Positions 46,620 through 54,225 of a DNA stretch of 54,697 bases are shown here, piece after piece; the first letter of the stretch is position 1; every line of letters begins with the position of its first letter. A program made the translations under genes and the position numbers. The notes beneath the pieces were generated by a model that worked only from the letters and a program-made list of their open reading frames with translations, did no database searches and was not told where the DNA came from. Where the stretch lies: the IMG/VR virus record IMGVR_UViG_3300010401_000010, positions 1-54,697 of that record. The stretch is one strand, 5' to 3'. Source of the DNA: a virus. Its lineage: Duplodnaviria > Caudoviricetes.

Positions 46620-47092
46620 TGGCCACAACGCGCCTGCTTCGGCCCGACGCGGTTCTGCTCGTGGAAGATCACGAACAGACGCGGGCCACCTACAAGGAGT
46701 GGGTCGAGTCCGCGGGCTTCGTGGTCATTGAGGCATCCACCAAGGCGATGGCGCTGATGCACCTCGACCGCCTGGACCTCTCGGCGATCGTGCTCGACCT
46801 GATCCTCCCGAACGGCCACGGCCGCGAGGTCGTGGACACGCTGGTCGCCAAGCGCGACGACGTGCCAGTGGTGGTCGTGACGGGCTTCCCGGATCCGCCG
46901 GTCTTCGGCTTCCCGGTGACCTGCGTCCTTCGAAAGCCTTTCCCGCGCGGCATGCTGCTCAACGCGGTGAACGCCGCGGCCGAGACCGGCAGAAGTCTCC
47001 GATCGATTCAGCGGTCCACCAGGGTGCTCCACGAGAGGTGCAATCGTCCCCTCCCAGAGCTCCCGCCCGAAAGCCCGAAGCAAGCTCAATAG
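46619..47092 (+). CDS. Stand-alone response regulator receiver (CheY-like)
   Basis: VLLVEDH, IVLDLILPNGHG, VVVVTG, LRKPF; TAATG coupling. Confidence 0.9.
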   Translation: MATTRLLRPDAVLLVEDHEQTRATYKEWVESAGFVVIEASTKAMALMHLDRLDLSAIVLDLILPNGHGREVVDTLVAKRDDVPVVVVTGFPDPPVFGFPVTCVLRKPFPRGMLLNAVNAAAETGRSLRSIQRSTRVLHERCNRPLPELPPESPKQAQ

Positions 47093-47114
47093 AACTTTTT
47101 TGGAGAGTGCAGGT

Positions 47115-47810
47115 ATGGGGAAGAAAGTGGGATGGGCGCTCGTAGGGGCGCTGGTGCTGTTGTTCATGGTCTCCTTCGCCATGGGGTGCAGTCCGCCCGT
47201 GAAGGAGGAGGACAAGCAGCTGGTCGACCAGCAGGAGCAGATCGCCGATCTGCAGGACGCCGAGCTGGTCCGCATCGAGCAGGCGGTGCAGGAGGATCCG
47301 GAGCTCGCCGAGAAGGTCGCTCCCAACCTTCTGGCGATGCGACAGCGAAACAGCGACTCGCGCGAGCACGCGAAGCAACTGAAGGCGAATCTGGGGGCGC
47401 CCACAAAGCGAGTGCCCTACACGCCCGAGAGCGCGAAGAGGCTGCGCGACGATTCTGCAAAGGCCCATGAGGGAGGCTTCTGGAAAGGGCTGGGCGCCGG
47501 CGCCCTGGCCACCGGACTCCTCGTCATCGGACTGGCCCGAAAGTTCGGGAGATTCATCCCGGGCGTGGGGTCAGTGATCACGGCGTTCGACAGTACCCTC
47601 GGAGCCGTCGAGGAGTGGATGCAGGAACAGAAGGATGCTGGAAAGCCGGAGCTGGCCGCAAGCCTGGCTACAAAGCTGGGCGACAGCCACTACGAGGCCG
47701 GCGTCCAGCCCGTCGTCGAATCGGCTCTCGACAAGGTGAAGGAGAAGATGGGCTACGAGCTGAAAGCTCCGTCACCTCCTCCTCCCGCCGCTCCTGCTCC
47801 GGCGGTTTAA
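47115..47810 (+). CDS. Lipoprotein with internal hydrophobic helix
   Basis: MGKK plus hydrophobic stretch plus AMGC lipobox-like; GLGAGALATGLLVIGLA. Confidence 0.65.
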   Translation: MGKKVGWALVGALVLLFMVSFAMGCSPPVKEEDKQLVDQQEQIADLQDAELVRIEQAVQEDPELAEKVAPNLLAMRQRNSDSREHAKQLKANLGAPTKRVPYTPESAKRLRDDSAKAHEGGFWKGLGAGALATGLLVIGLARKFGRFIPGVGSVITAFDSTLGAVEEWMQEQKDAGKPELAASLATKLGDSHYEAGVQPVVESALDKVKEKMGYELKAPSPPPPAAPAPAV

Positions 47811-47849
47811 AACAGCGCCACCGGTCCCGCCTCCGACGGGACCTCTTCG

Positions 47850-47887
47850 GGCCTCTCCGCTCCGCCGGCGGGGAGGCCTTTTTATTT
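47850..47887 (+). terminator. Rho-independent terminator of the late operon
   Basis: GGCCTCTCCGC / GCGGGGAGGCC stem followed by TTTTTATTT. Confidence 0.8.
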
Positions 47888-48268
47888 CCGGTCGACGAAG
47901 TGGAGCGGCCAGCGCGGCGCGTCGTCCAGTGGGATGTCGTCGAGCAGGACCTCCATCGTGTACAGTCCCGGCCGGTCGATCGAGACGAACCCCTCGATGA
48001 TCGCCTTCCCCTGTCGGCCCGGCTCGGCCGCCGGAAGATGGCCAGTCGTCTCGTCGATCGTGCGGCCGTCTTCAGACACGATTCTAAAGGTGACCTGGTG
48101 CGATTGCGCCTCGCCCTCAAGTGGCGCGATCGCCAGCAGGACCGAGAGGGGAATGCCGACCCCCGGCCCGTTCCAGGGGATCTCATCCAGGTAGACGTTC
48201 ATCGGCGATATCGGGGCGCCGCGGAGGTGAAGGATTCGCTCACAGGCGACGAGCCAGGTCACACGCAC
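47882..48268 (-). CDS. DUF6941-like beta-sandwich protein
   Basis: W.VACE N-terminus; PGLY..EV.LD C-terminus. Confidence 0.55.
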   Translation of the reverse strand: MRVTWLVACERILHLRGAPISPMNVYLDEIPWNGPGVGIPLSVLLAIAPLEGEAQSHQVTFRIVSEDGRTIDETTGHLPAAEPGRQGKAIIEGFVSIDRPGLYTMEVLLDDIPLDDAPRWPLHFVDRK

Positions 48269-48269
48269 G

Positions 48270-48282
48270 CGAATGTTTCGGC
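48270..48282 (-). promoter_or_regulatory. GCCGAAACATTCG motif (sigma28 -10-like), copy 1
   Basis: Identical 13-mer at 50291-50303; both directly precede a GTG start. Confidence 0.55.
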
Positions 48283-48325
48283 GTATGTAGCAACCTGGCT
48301 TTGGCGATTCGGATATTACTTTTTG

Positions 48326-49243
48326 CTACTTCGCCTCGAAGCTGCCGTTCTTGAGGATCTCCCGGCCTTCCACAACGAAGGACATGTCGTCGACGAAGAC
48401 GCGCCCCTGTCGGGATCCCCGATTGAAGCCGAATCTGAGCTTCGCGGCCTTCTCGGGAACAACGCCTTCAACCTCCAGCTTCGACCAGATCGGGCGGTCG
48501 ATCATGGCGTGCGGCCCGGTGGAGGATAGGACCTTGTCGCCCACGTCCAGGAACGCGATGCACATCAGGTCGGCGCCCTTCTCTGTTCCATCGGTAAGGA
48601 CCCAGCACGACGCCTTATACTTCTGCCCGACCGCGACAGGAATGTCATCGGTGCGGAACCAGGCCATACCGCTCGCCCCGGGATCCGCAGGCGGGATCAG
48701 CTTAATTGCAACCGTACCCGACCGGACAAACTCGGAATCGATGCCCGCGTTGCATTTCGCGTTCAGCGGGAACCAGCCCTTCGCAGGGTAGGGACCAAGG
48801 TTGGCCGAGGGCTTACCAGTCCGCTGAATCGCAAGGACCCGCTCGCGGGTCTTGTCCTTCCAGACCGGATCCGTGAGCTTCGGCCATGCCTCGCCAAAGT
48901 GAAAGAGGGCGCGCTCCCGCAGCCTGGGGCCGAGCTGCTTGTTCGGCTTCTCCAGGAGGAGCCAGAGATCCGCCACCTCGATTGAGAAGAGGGCGCTCTC
49001 CTTCGGTTCGAGATCCTTCCGCGCGACGTGGGCGAACCCGTCGTCGCCCCCCTTGGCCATGAATGGAAGACCCTCGGCCCAGTTTCCTGCCACGAAGCAC
49101 AGGTGCTTCCCCAGCGCCAGGTTCGCCGCGGCGTCGTCCGGCGTCTTCTCGACCGCCAGGCGCAGCTGCTCGCCCTTCTTCTTCTCCGCCGGCGAAAGGT
49201 CCTGGGGACCGAGCAGCAGGGCGAGCGCGAGTGTCATGACCAT
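48326..49243 (-). CDS. Exported protein: helical domain plus CBM4/9-like domain (moron)
   Basis: Signal-like N-terminus; ANLALGKHLCF..GNW.EGLP..AKG; GQKYKASCWV, VFVDD, NGSFE; AGGAGG RBS. Confidence 0.65.
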   Translation of the reverse strand: MVMTLALALLLGPQDLSPAEKKKGEQLRLAVEKTPDDAAANLALGKHLCFVAGNWAEGLPFMAKGGDDGFAHVARKDLEPKESALFSIEVADLWLLLEKPNKQLGPRLRERALFHFGEAWPKLTDPVWKDKTRERVLAIQRTGKPSANLGPYPAKGWFPLNAKCNAGIDSEFVRSGTVAIKLIPPADPGASGMAWFRTDDIPVAVGQKYKASCWVLTDGTEKGADLMCIAFLDVGDKVLSSTGPHAMIDRPIWSKLEVEGVVPEKAAKLRFGFNRGSRQGRVFVDDMSFVVEGREILKNGSFEAK

Positions 49244-49264
49244 AATGGCCTCCTGGGTTCTTGG

Positions 49265-49275
49265 ACTATAGCACA
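49265..49275 (-). promoter_or_regulatory. Extended -10 promoter candidate
   Basis: TGTGCTATAGT on the - strand upstream of the RBS of 48326..49243. Confidence 0.5.
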
Positions 49276-49286
49276 AGTTCAACGTT

Positions 49287-50288
49287 TCATGGATTGCGCC
49301 TGGCGCGGGGGTGGGTCCGGCGGAGCTCGGCCTTGAGTCGGTCCTGGGCGACGTGGGTATAGATCTCGGTGCTGGCCAGCACCCCGTGACGAAGGAACTC
49401 CTGAACGGCCCGAAGATCCATCCCGCGATTCAGCAGGTGCGTCGCGGCGCTGTGCCTGAACATGTGGGGGTGCGCGGGGCCCGAGACGCCGGCGCGGGCC
49501 GCGGTGTCGTGGACCATCTTCCAGAGCGGGTAGTATGAAAGCCGCTGACCGAGCGACGAGACGAAGAGGGCCTGCTCGTGCTCCCGACCGCGAGCGGCCA
49601 GGATCTCGGTGCGCTCCGGCAGCCAGGCCCGGACCGCCTTCACCGCCTCCTCGGTGAAATGCAGCAGGCCCTCCTGCCCGCCCTTTCCCCTCACCTTCGC
49701 CGTGCCGTCGTCCAGGTTCAGCCACTCCATATTGATGCCGCGAACCTCGTCCTGCCGAGCGCCCGAAGCGTAGAGGACCTCCAAGATGGCCCGGTCGCGC
49801 GCGGTCCGACCAGCGGCAAGGATCTTCTCGACCTGAGGTTCCGTCCAGAATTCTGGGAGCGGTCGATCGACGTGGATGGGTTCGAGATCGTCAGCCGGGT
49901 TGTGATCCACCTTGCCCTCCCGTTTTAGCCAGTGGTACAGCGACGTGATGGCGACGATGCAGTCCTTGATCGTCTTCGGCTTCTTCTCCTCCTGATGCAT
50001 GTGGACCATCCAGGCTTCGAGGAACCGGAAGGTCACGGTGAAGGGGTTCTGCTTGCGAAAGCTCAGATAGCGGAAGAAGGTCTTGAAGTGCCCGGTATAG
50101 ACTCTGACTGTGTTAGGTTTGAAATTCCGAAGCACCGTCGCGTAGAGAATCCAGCCGCGTGTCAGATCGTCTGCCACGGCGGCGGTCTCTGTTCCGCCTG
50201 CCACTAATTCCCAGCCGCTGCCCGCTGCCCTATTTCCCCTCGCGGGCCCAACCTCTCGCCTTGTCCCCCGGGCACCCTCCTCGTTCAC
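49287..50288 (-). CDS. XerC/XerD-like tyrosine recombinase
   Basis: LYASGAR..E, RGKGG, HPHMFRHS.ATHLL, LRH, TEIYTHV; start may be 50288, 50204 or 50177. Confidence 0.93.
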   Translation of the reverse strand: MNEEGARGTRREVGPARGNRAAGSGWELVAGGTETAAVADDLTRGWILYATVLRNFKPNTVRVYTGHFKTFFRYLSFRKQNPFTVTFRFLEAWMVHMHQEEKKPKTIKDCIVAITSLYHWLKREGKVDHNPADDLEPIHVDRPLPEFWTEPQVEKILAAGRTARDRAILEVLYASGARQDEVRGINMEWLNLDDGTAKVRGKGGQEGLLHFTEEAVKAVRAWLPERTEILAARGREHEQALFVSSLGQRLSYYPLWKMVHDTAARAGVSGPAHPHMFRHSAATHLLNRGMDLRAVQEFLRHGVLASTEIYTHVAQDRLKAELRRTHPRARRNP

Positions 50289-50290
50289 GC

Positions 50291-50303
50291 CGAATGTTTC
50301 GGC
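50291..50303 (-). promoter_or_regulatory. GCCGAAACATTCG motif (sigma28 -10-like), copy 2
   Basis: Identical to 48270-48282. Confidence 0.55.
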
Positions 50304-50434
50304 CCGGTCGCAGGGTGCCTTTCCCTTGGGGGTTTAGGCGTCGCGGAGTCTTCGGTCAGGGGAGAGGGTACCAACGCAATTTGAACAGGTCAAAGATTTT
50401 CTACGCAAAAAAATAGCACTCGCTCCAATATTTA

Positions 50435-50464
50435 TTGACACATTTTCTAGAATTGTGCTACTAA
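50435..50464 (+). promoter_or_regulatory. Sigma70-type early promoter
   Basis: TTGACA-N18-TACTAA with TG extension, in an AT-rich divergent gap. Confidence 0.7.
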
Positions 50465-50469
50465 GACTA

Positions 50470-50677
50470 CGTGCCCCAAGCGAAGAGAGTCAACAAGAGC
50501 CCGACGGTGCCCAGCCATCCCGCATTGCGCTTGGGGCACGGCCGTCTCGGAAGAACGGTTCCACGCCGAGTGGGGCGGCTGGGTTACGACGGGCTCATGA
50601 TCGGCGGAGCGGCGGCTTCAGAGTAGTTGCTAGTTTCCGACTTCACTTAGGTGGAGACGGAAACCTGAAGCCGCCGC
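50470..50677 (+). ncRNA. Structured leader / candidate ncRNA
   Basis: Two perfect 13-bp stems, a 25-nt imperfect competing helix and a nested hairpin directly after the promoter. Confidence 0.55.
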
Positions 50678-50698
50678 CCCCGGAATGGGAGGCGGACG

Positions 50699-50911
50699 GT
50701 GGCGAACAGTAGCGGGGCGCAGGGCGCCCAGGACAAGGTCCGGTATTTCTGTCACTCCTGCGGCGGGGTGACGATCTGGCTCACGCCCAAAGAAGCCGCT
50801 GATCAGCGGCTAGAGAAGCACGACCTCGAAGCCTTTCCCCTCTCGGGCGACCCCAGGGACCAGGCTTTCCGCACCATCCAGGCCAGCCGGCCGGAGGTGG
50901 CCCTTGGGTAA
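50699..50911 (+). CDS. Small Zn-ribbon-like early protein
   Basis: GGAGG RBS with GTG; CHSCG. Confidence 0.5.
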   Translation: MANSSGAQGAQDKVRYFCHSCGGVTIWLTPKEAADQRLEKHDLEAFPLSGDPRDQAFRTIQASRPEVALG

Positions 50912-51248
50912 GCACACGCCCGGACCTTGGAAGCTTGGAAACTCACCGCACGATGTCATCTCAACCGAGCCCGTCGAAGGCGGCGCGCACCCGATGGATG
51001 AGGAGCACGTCCAGCACTACGGCGGTTACCTCATCTGCGAATCGGCCACGACGGACAACGCCCGCCTGATCGCGGCTGCACCAGACCTCAAGGACTCCCT
51101 GAAGTGGGCGCTGGAAGCCCTCGAAGCTTCCGACCTCGCCACCTGGCCGGACTCCATCGGCTGGGACGCGGGCGCCTACAAGATCGGACTCCAGCAGGCC
51201 AAGGACGCTATCGCCAAGGCCGAGCCGCAGGCGGTGGACCGTGGCTAA
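50904..51248 (+). CDS. Conserved phage hypothetical protein
   Basis: KHTPGPW...NARLIAAAPDL family motif; GGAGGT RBS with TTG. Confidence 0.75.
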   Translation: MGKHTPGPWKLGNSPHDVISTEPVEGGAHPMDEEHVQHYGGYLICESATTDNARLIAAAPDLKDSLKWALEALEASDLATWPDSIGWDAGAYKIGLQQAKDAIAKAEPQAVDRG

Positions 51249-51684
51249 GACCTCCCCCAAGCGATCCCGCGAACTTCGTGCCCGCCGCTGGGCCGCGATC
51301 TACATCCGCGAGCACATCGACACCGAGCAGAAGTTCATCAGCGACGCCCAGTACGAGATCAAGGGCCAGGACCTCCAGTCCGCGATCGCCAACGGGTTCC
51401 TGGCCGGCTGGTTGGATAGGGACGGCGAGGGCAACCCGCCGCTCCAACTCCTTGAGGCGGCGATGGCCGCGCTCGACATGATCGAGCATTGCGGCTTCGG
51501 TGGCTCCAACAGCCGCGCCGAGAAGCGCATCGAGACCAAGCTCAAGAAGGCAATCAGGGCCGCGACGACCCCTCCCGGGGCAAGCACCATTTCCCCCATT
51601 GCGGGCCCACGTACCGAACTCGTCGCGGAGTCCTCGGACGGGCCCGCCAATTCTTCGGCGGGGAGAGAGGGGGAATCGCGGTGA
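51241..51684 (+). CDS. Hypothetical protein
   Basis: Operon packing, codon usage. Confidence 0.55.
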   Translation: MAKTSPKRSRELRARRWAAIYIREHIDTEQKFISDAQYEIKGQDLQSAIANGFLAGWLDRDGEGNPPLQLLEAAMAALDMIEHCGFGGSNSRAEKRIETKLKKAIRAATTPPGASTISPIAGPRTELVAESSDGPANSSAGREGESR

Positions 51685-52091
51685 AGATCTACTACTGCCG
51701 CGAGTCCGAGTTCATCAAGGCCGGACAGTGGGGTCCGAAGGATCGCACCGAGCCCATCGTCGACCTGCTCGACATCCAGGTCTACAAGGACGACGGCTTC
51801 GCCTACGAGTTCCTGATCGAGGAGTGGGTCCTTTCGGGCAGGACGATCCGCCTGGGGATCTACCAGGAGTCCTTCGACGCGTTCGCCGACTGCGAAGGCC
51901 TCATCAAGTTCCTGCGCGACATGAAACCCAACAGCCTGGCCGAGGTCCAGGGCTGGCTCGACGCGAACGGCGCCCTCAACAACCTGCATTACAAGGCACC
52001 GGGCGATACCAGCCCGGATCCTCTCTCCGGAAGGGGGCGCGCTGGGGCGCCCCCGACCCCTTCCCCTCGCAAGAAAGGACGGAAGGCATGA
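51681..52091 (+). CDS. Hypothetical protein
   Basis: GTGA overlap; purine-rich RBS. Confidence 0.55.
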   Translation: MKIYYCRESEFIKAGQWGPKDRTEPIVDLLDIQVYKDDGFAYEFLIEEWVLSGRTIRLGIYQESFDAFADCEGLIKFLRDMKPNSLAEVQGWLDANGALNNLHYKAPGDTSPDPLSGRGRAGAPPTPSPRKKGRKA

Positions 52092-52921
52092 CCACCGAGA
52101 CGAAGCGCCTGGAGATCCACCAGTCGCACCTGGTCAAGTTCGAGATGTGCGGGGAGGCGTACCGGCGGCAGTACGTCGAAGGCGAGAAGGACCTGGCCGG
52201 CACGGCGGCGCTGCGCGGGAGTGGCGTCCACGGCGGCGCGCAGGTCAACCACATCCAGAAGAAGAAGACCGGCGTGGACCTGCCGCGCAAGCAGATCATC
52301 GACGCAGCGGTCGCGGCCTTCGAAGCGAGGAAGGAGATGGAGGGCTTCCGTCTCACCCCCGACGAGGAGTCGATGGGCACTGGGACCGTGATGGCGCGGA
52401 CCGTGCAGACGATCACGACCCTCACGGGCCTGTACGCCGACCAGGTGGCGCCCGGGATCCAGCCCGACCTGATCGAGGAAAAGATCACCGTCGAGGTCCC
52501 CGGCGCGGGCATCGATCTCGCCGGCACGATCGACCTCTCCACGACCGAGTCCAGGCTGAAGGACTTCAAGACGTCCACGCGATCGAAGAGCCAGAAGGAC
52601 GCCGACGAGTCCCTACAGCTCAGCCTGTACGACTTCCTCTACGAGAAGAAGACAGGGCGGAAACCTGCCGGTGTCGACCTCGAGGTCCTCGTCGACCTCA
52701 AGACCCCCAAGCATCAGCGACTTACCACCGTGCGCACCGGGCGGGACCGCCAGGTCCTCTTCAACCGCATGAACGTGATGCTCAAGTCTCGCCAGGCCGG
52801 GATCTTCGCGCCGGCCGCGGTGGGCTCCTGGAACTGCTCCCCGAAGTGGTGTGGCTTCTGGACCACTTGTCCCTTTGTGAACAGCGAACGGATGGCCGCC
52901 GCGGCCAAGAACGAGGACTAG
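52088..52921 (+). CDS. PD-(D/E)XK RecB/Cas4-like exonuclease
   Basis: C...Y, GSGVH, GTIDL...DFKT, QLSLY, C.PKWC.FW..C. Confidence 0.88.
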   Translation: MTTETKRLEIHQSHLVKFEMCGEAYRRQYVEGEKDLAGTAALRGSGVHGGAQVNHIQKKKTGVDLPRKQIIDAAVAAFEARKEMEGFRLTPDEESMGTGTVMARTVQTITTLTGLYADQVAPGIQPDLIEEKITVEVPGAGIDLAGTIDLSTTESRLKDFKTSTRSKSQKDADESLQLSLYDFLYEKKTGRKPAGVDLEVLVDLKTPKHQRLTTVRTGRDRQVLFNRMNVMLKSRQAGIFAPAAVGSWNCSPKWCGFWTTCPFVNSERMAAAAKNED

Positions 52922-52935
52922 AAGGAGAACGACCC

Positions 52936-54144
52936 ATGGTAGACCAGCGAGCACAGTCCACGGATCTCGCACCCATCCCCAGCAAGGATCTCGCGGCCGC
53001 GGCGGGATTCGACGGCGCCGGAGCGATGTCGGAGGCCAAGAATCAGGTCGGCGCCGCGGCCGCAGTCGCGCGCGAGGAAGCCGAGCTGAAGGCCGCGATC
53101 ATCGTGGCGAAGCGGTTCCCCCGGAACGAGTACGACGCCTTCACCAAGATCATCAAGGCGTGCGAGCGGCCGAGCTTCGCGGAGGAGGCCCAGTACGTCT
53201 TCCCGCGCGGAGGCGAGATGATCGATGGGCCGAGCGCACCGTTCGCCAGATCGGCCAGCACCTACTGGGGCAACATCCGCTCCGGGATCCGAATCGTCTC
53301 CAAGGATGACGACTGGATCCACCTGAAGGGCTGGGCCCACGACGCGGAGAACAACGTCTACCGCGAGGAAGAGGCCAAGTTCAGGCGCCTTATCTACCGG
53401 AAGAAGGGCGGCTGGCAGAAGCCCGACGAGCGCGACGAGCGCGAGCTGACGAACCGGATCGGCGCGATCGCCGAGCGGAACGCGATCCTCAAGTGCATGC
53501 CGAACGACGTGATCGAGGACGCGATGCGCCAGGTCAAGGAGACCAAGCGCAAGGCGGCCGCCGGCGAGCTCAAGAATTTCCAGAGCCGACAGGACGCGAT
53601 CCGGCGCATCGTGAAAGCCTTCTTCGAAGTGTACGTGTCGGCCGAAATGCTCGTCCGGTTCCTCGGACATCCACTCGAAGCGGTCAACGAGGACGAGTTG
53701 GTCAAGCTCCGCGGCATCTGGAAGTCGATCAGCGACGGCAACTCCAAGCGCGAGGAGTATTTCGACATGAACGCCGCGCAGGGAGCCGAGGAGGTCGAAG
53801 GCCCGATCACGGGCAAGGCGATCTCCGAATCCCTGCCCAAGACCGGCACCGAGACTCCCGCGGTCGACGACAAGGTCGTCCAGCGCCAGAAGGAGCTGGA
53901 GGCGGCGAAGACCGGGCAGCCCTCCGGCGCCCCCTCCGCCGAGGAGCAGGAGAGGATCCGGTTCCGCGAGGACTTCGACTCCAAAGCGCTGAAGTGCGCG
54001 AAGTGCCCGCCCTACACGTTCGCCACCGACGACGCGAACGAGATGAAGAAGCACCTCGAGGACAAGCACCCCAACGGCAACGCCCAGACCAAACCGGCCG
54101 CCCCGGACAAGAAGGGCGGCGACCTGTTCGGCCCCAAGAAATAG
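52936..54144 (+). CDS. Putative single-strand annealing / recombination protein
   Basis: AKRFPRNE...Y.FPRGG..I.GPS...WGNI family; lies between nuclease and ATPase; C-terminal C2H2-like CAKC...HLEDKH. Confidence 0.55.
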   Translation: MVDQRAQSTDLAPIPSKDLAAAAGFDGAGAMSEAKNQVGAAAAVAREEAELKAAIIVAKRFPRNEYDAFTKIIKACERPSFAEEAQYVFPRGGEMIDGPSAPFARSASTYWGNIRSGIRIVSKDDDWIHLKGWAHDAENNVYREEEAKFRRLIYRKKGGWQKPDERDERELTNRIGAIAERNAILKCMPNDVIEDAMRQVKETKRKAAAGELKNFQSRQDAIRRIVKAFFEVYVSAEMLVRFLGHPLEAVNEDELVKLRGIWKSISDGNSKREEYFDMNAAQGAEEVEGPITGKAISESLPKTGTETPAVDDKVVQRQKELEAAKTGQPSGAPSAEEQERIRFREDFDSKALKCAKCPPYTFATDDANEMKKHLEDKHPNGNAQTKPAAPDKKGGDLFGPKK

Positions 54145-54225
54145 GCCGAGCCCTCAACGTGGGGGGCCCTGGGCCACCAAGCCCAGGACCTCCCGGTGGA
54201 CGGCTCGGATCAACGGAGGTGGCGA

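Noticed and set aside
50455-50712. 85-aa ORF over the structured leader
   Set aside because: Starts inside the promoter, has no RBS and atypical composition
52088-52921. Cas4-like nuclease as part of a CRISPR system
   Set aside because: No repeat-spacer array or other cas genes seen; context is phage recombination
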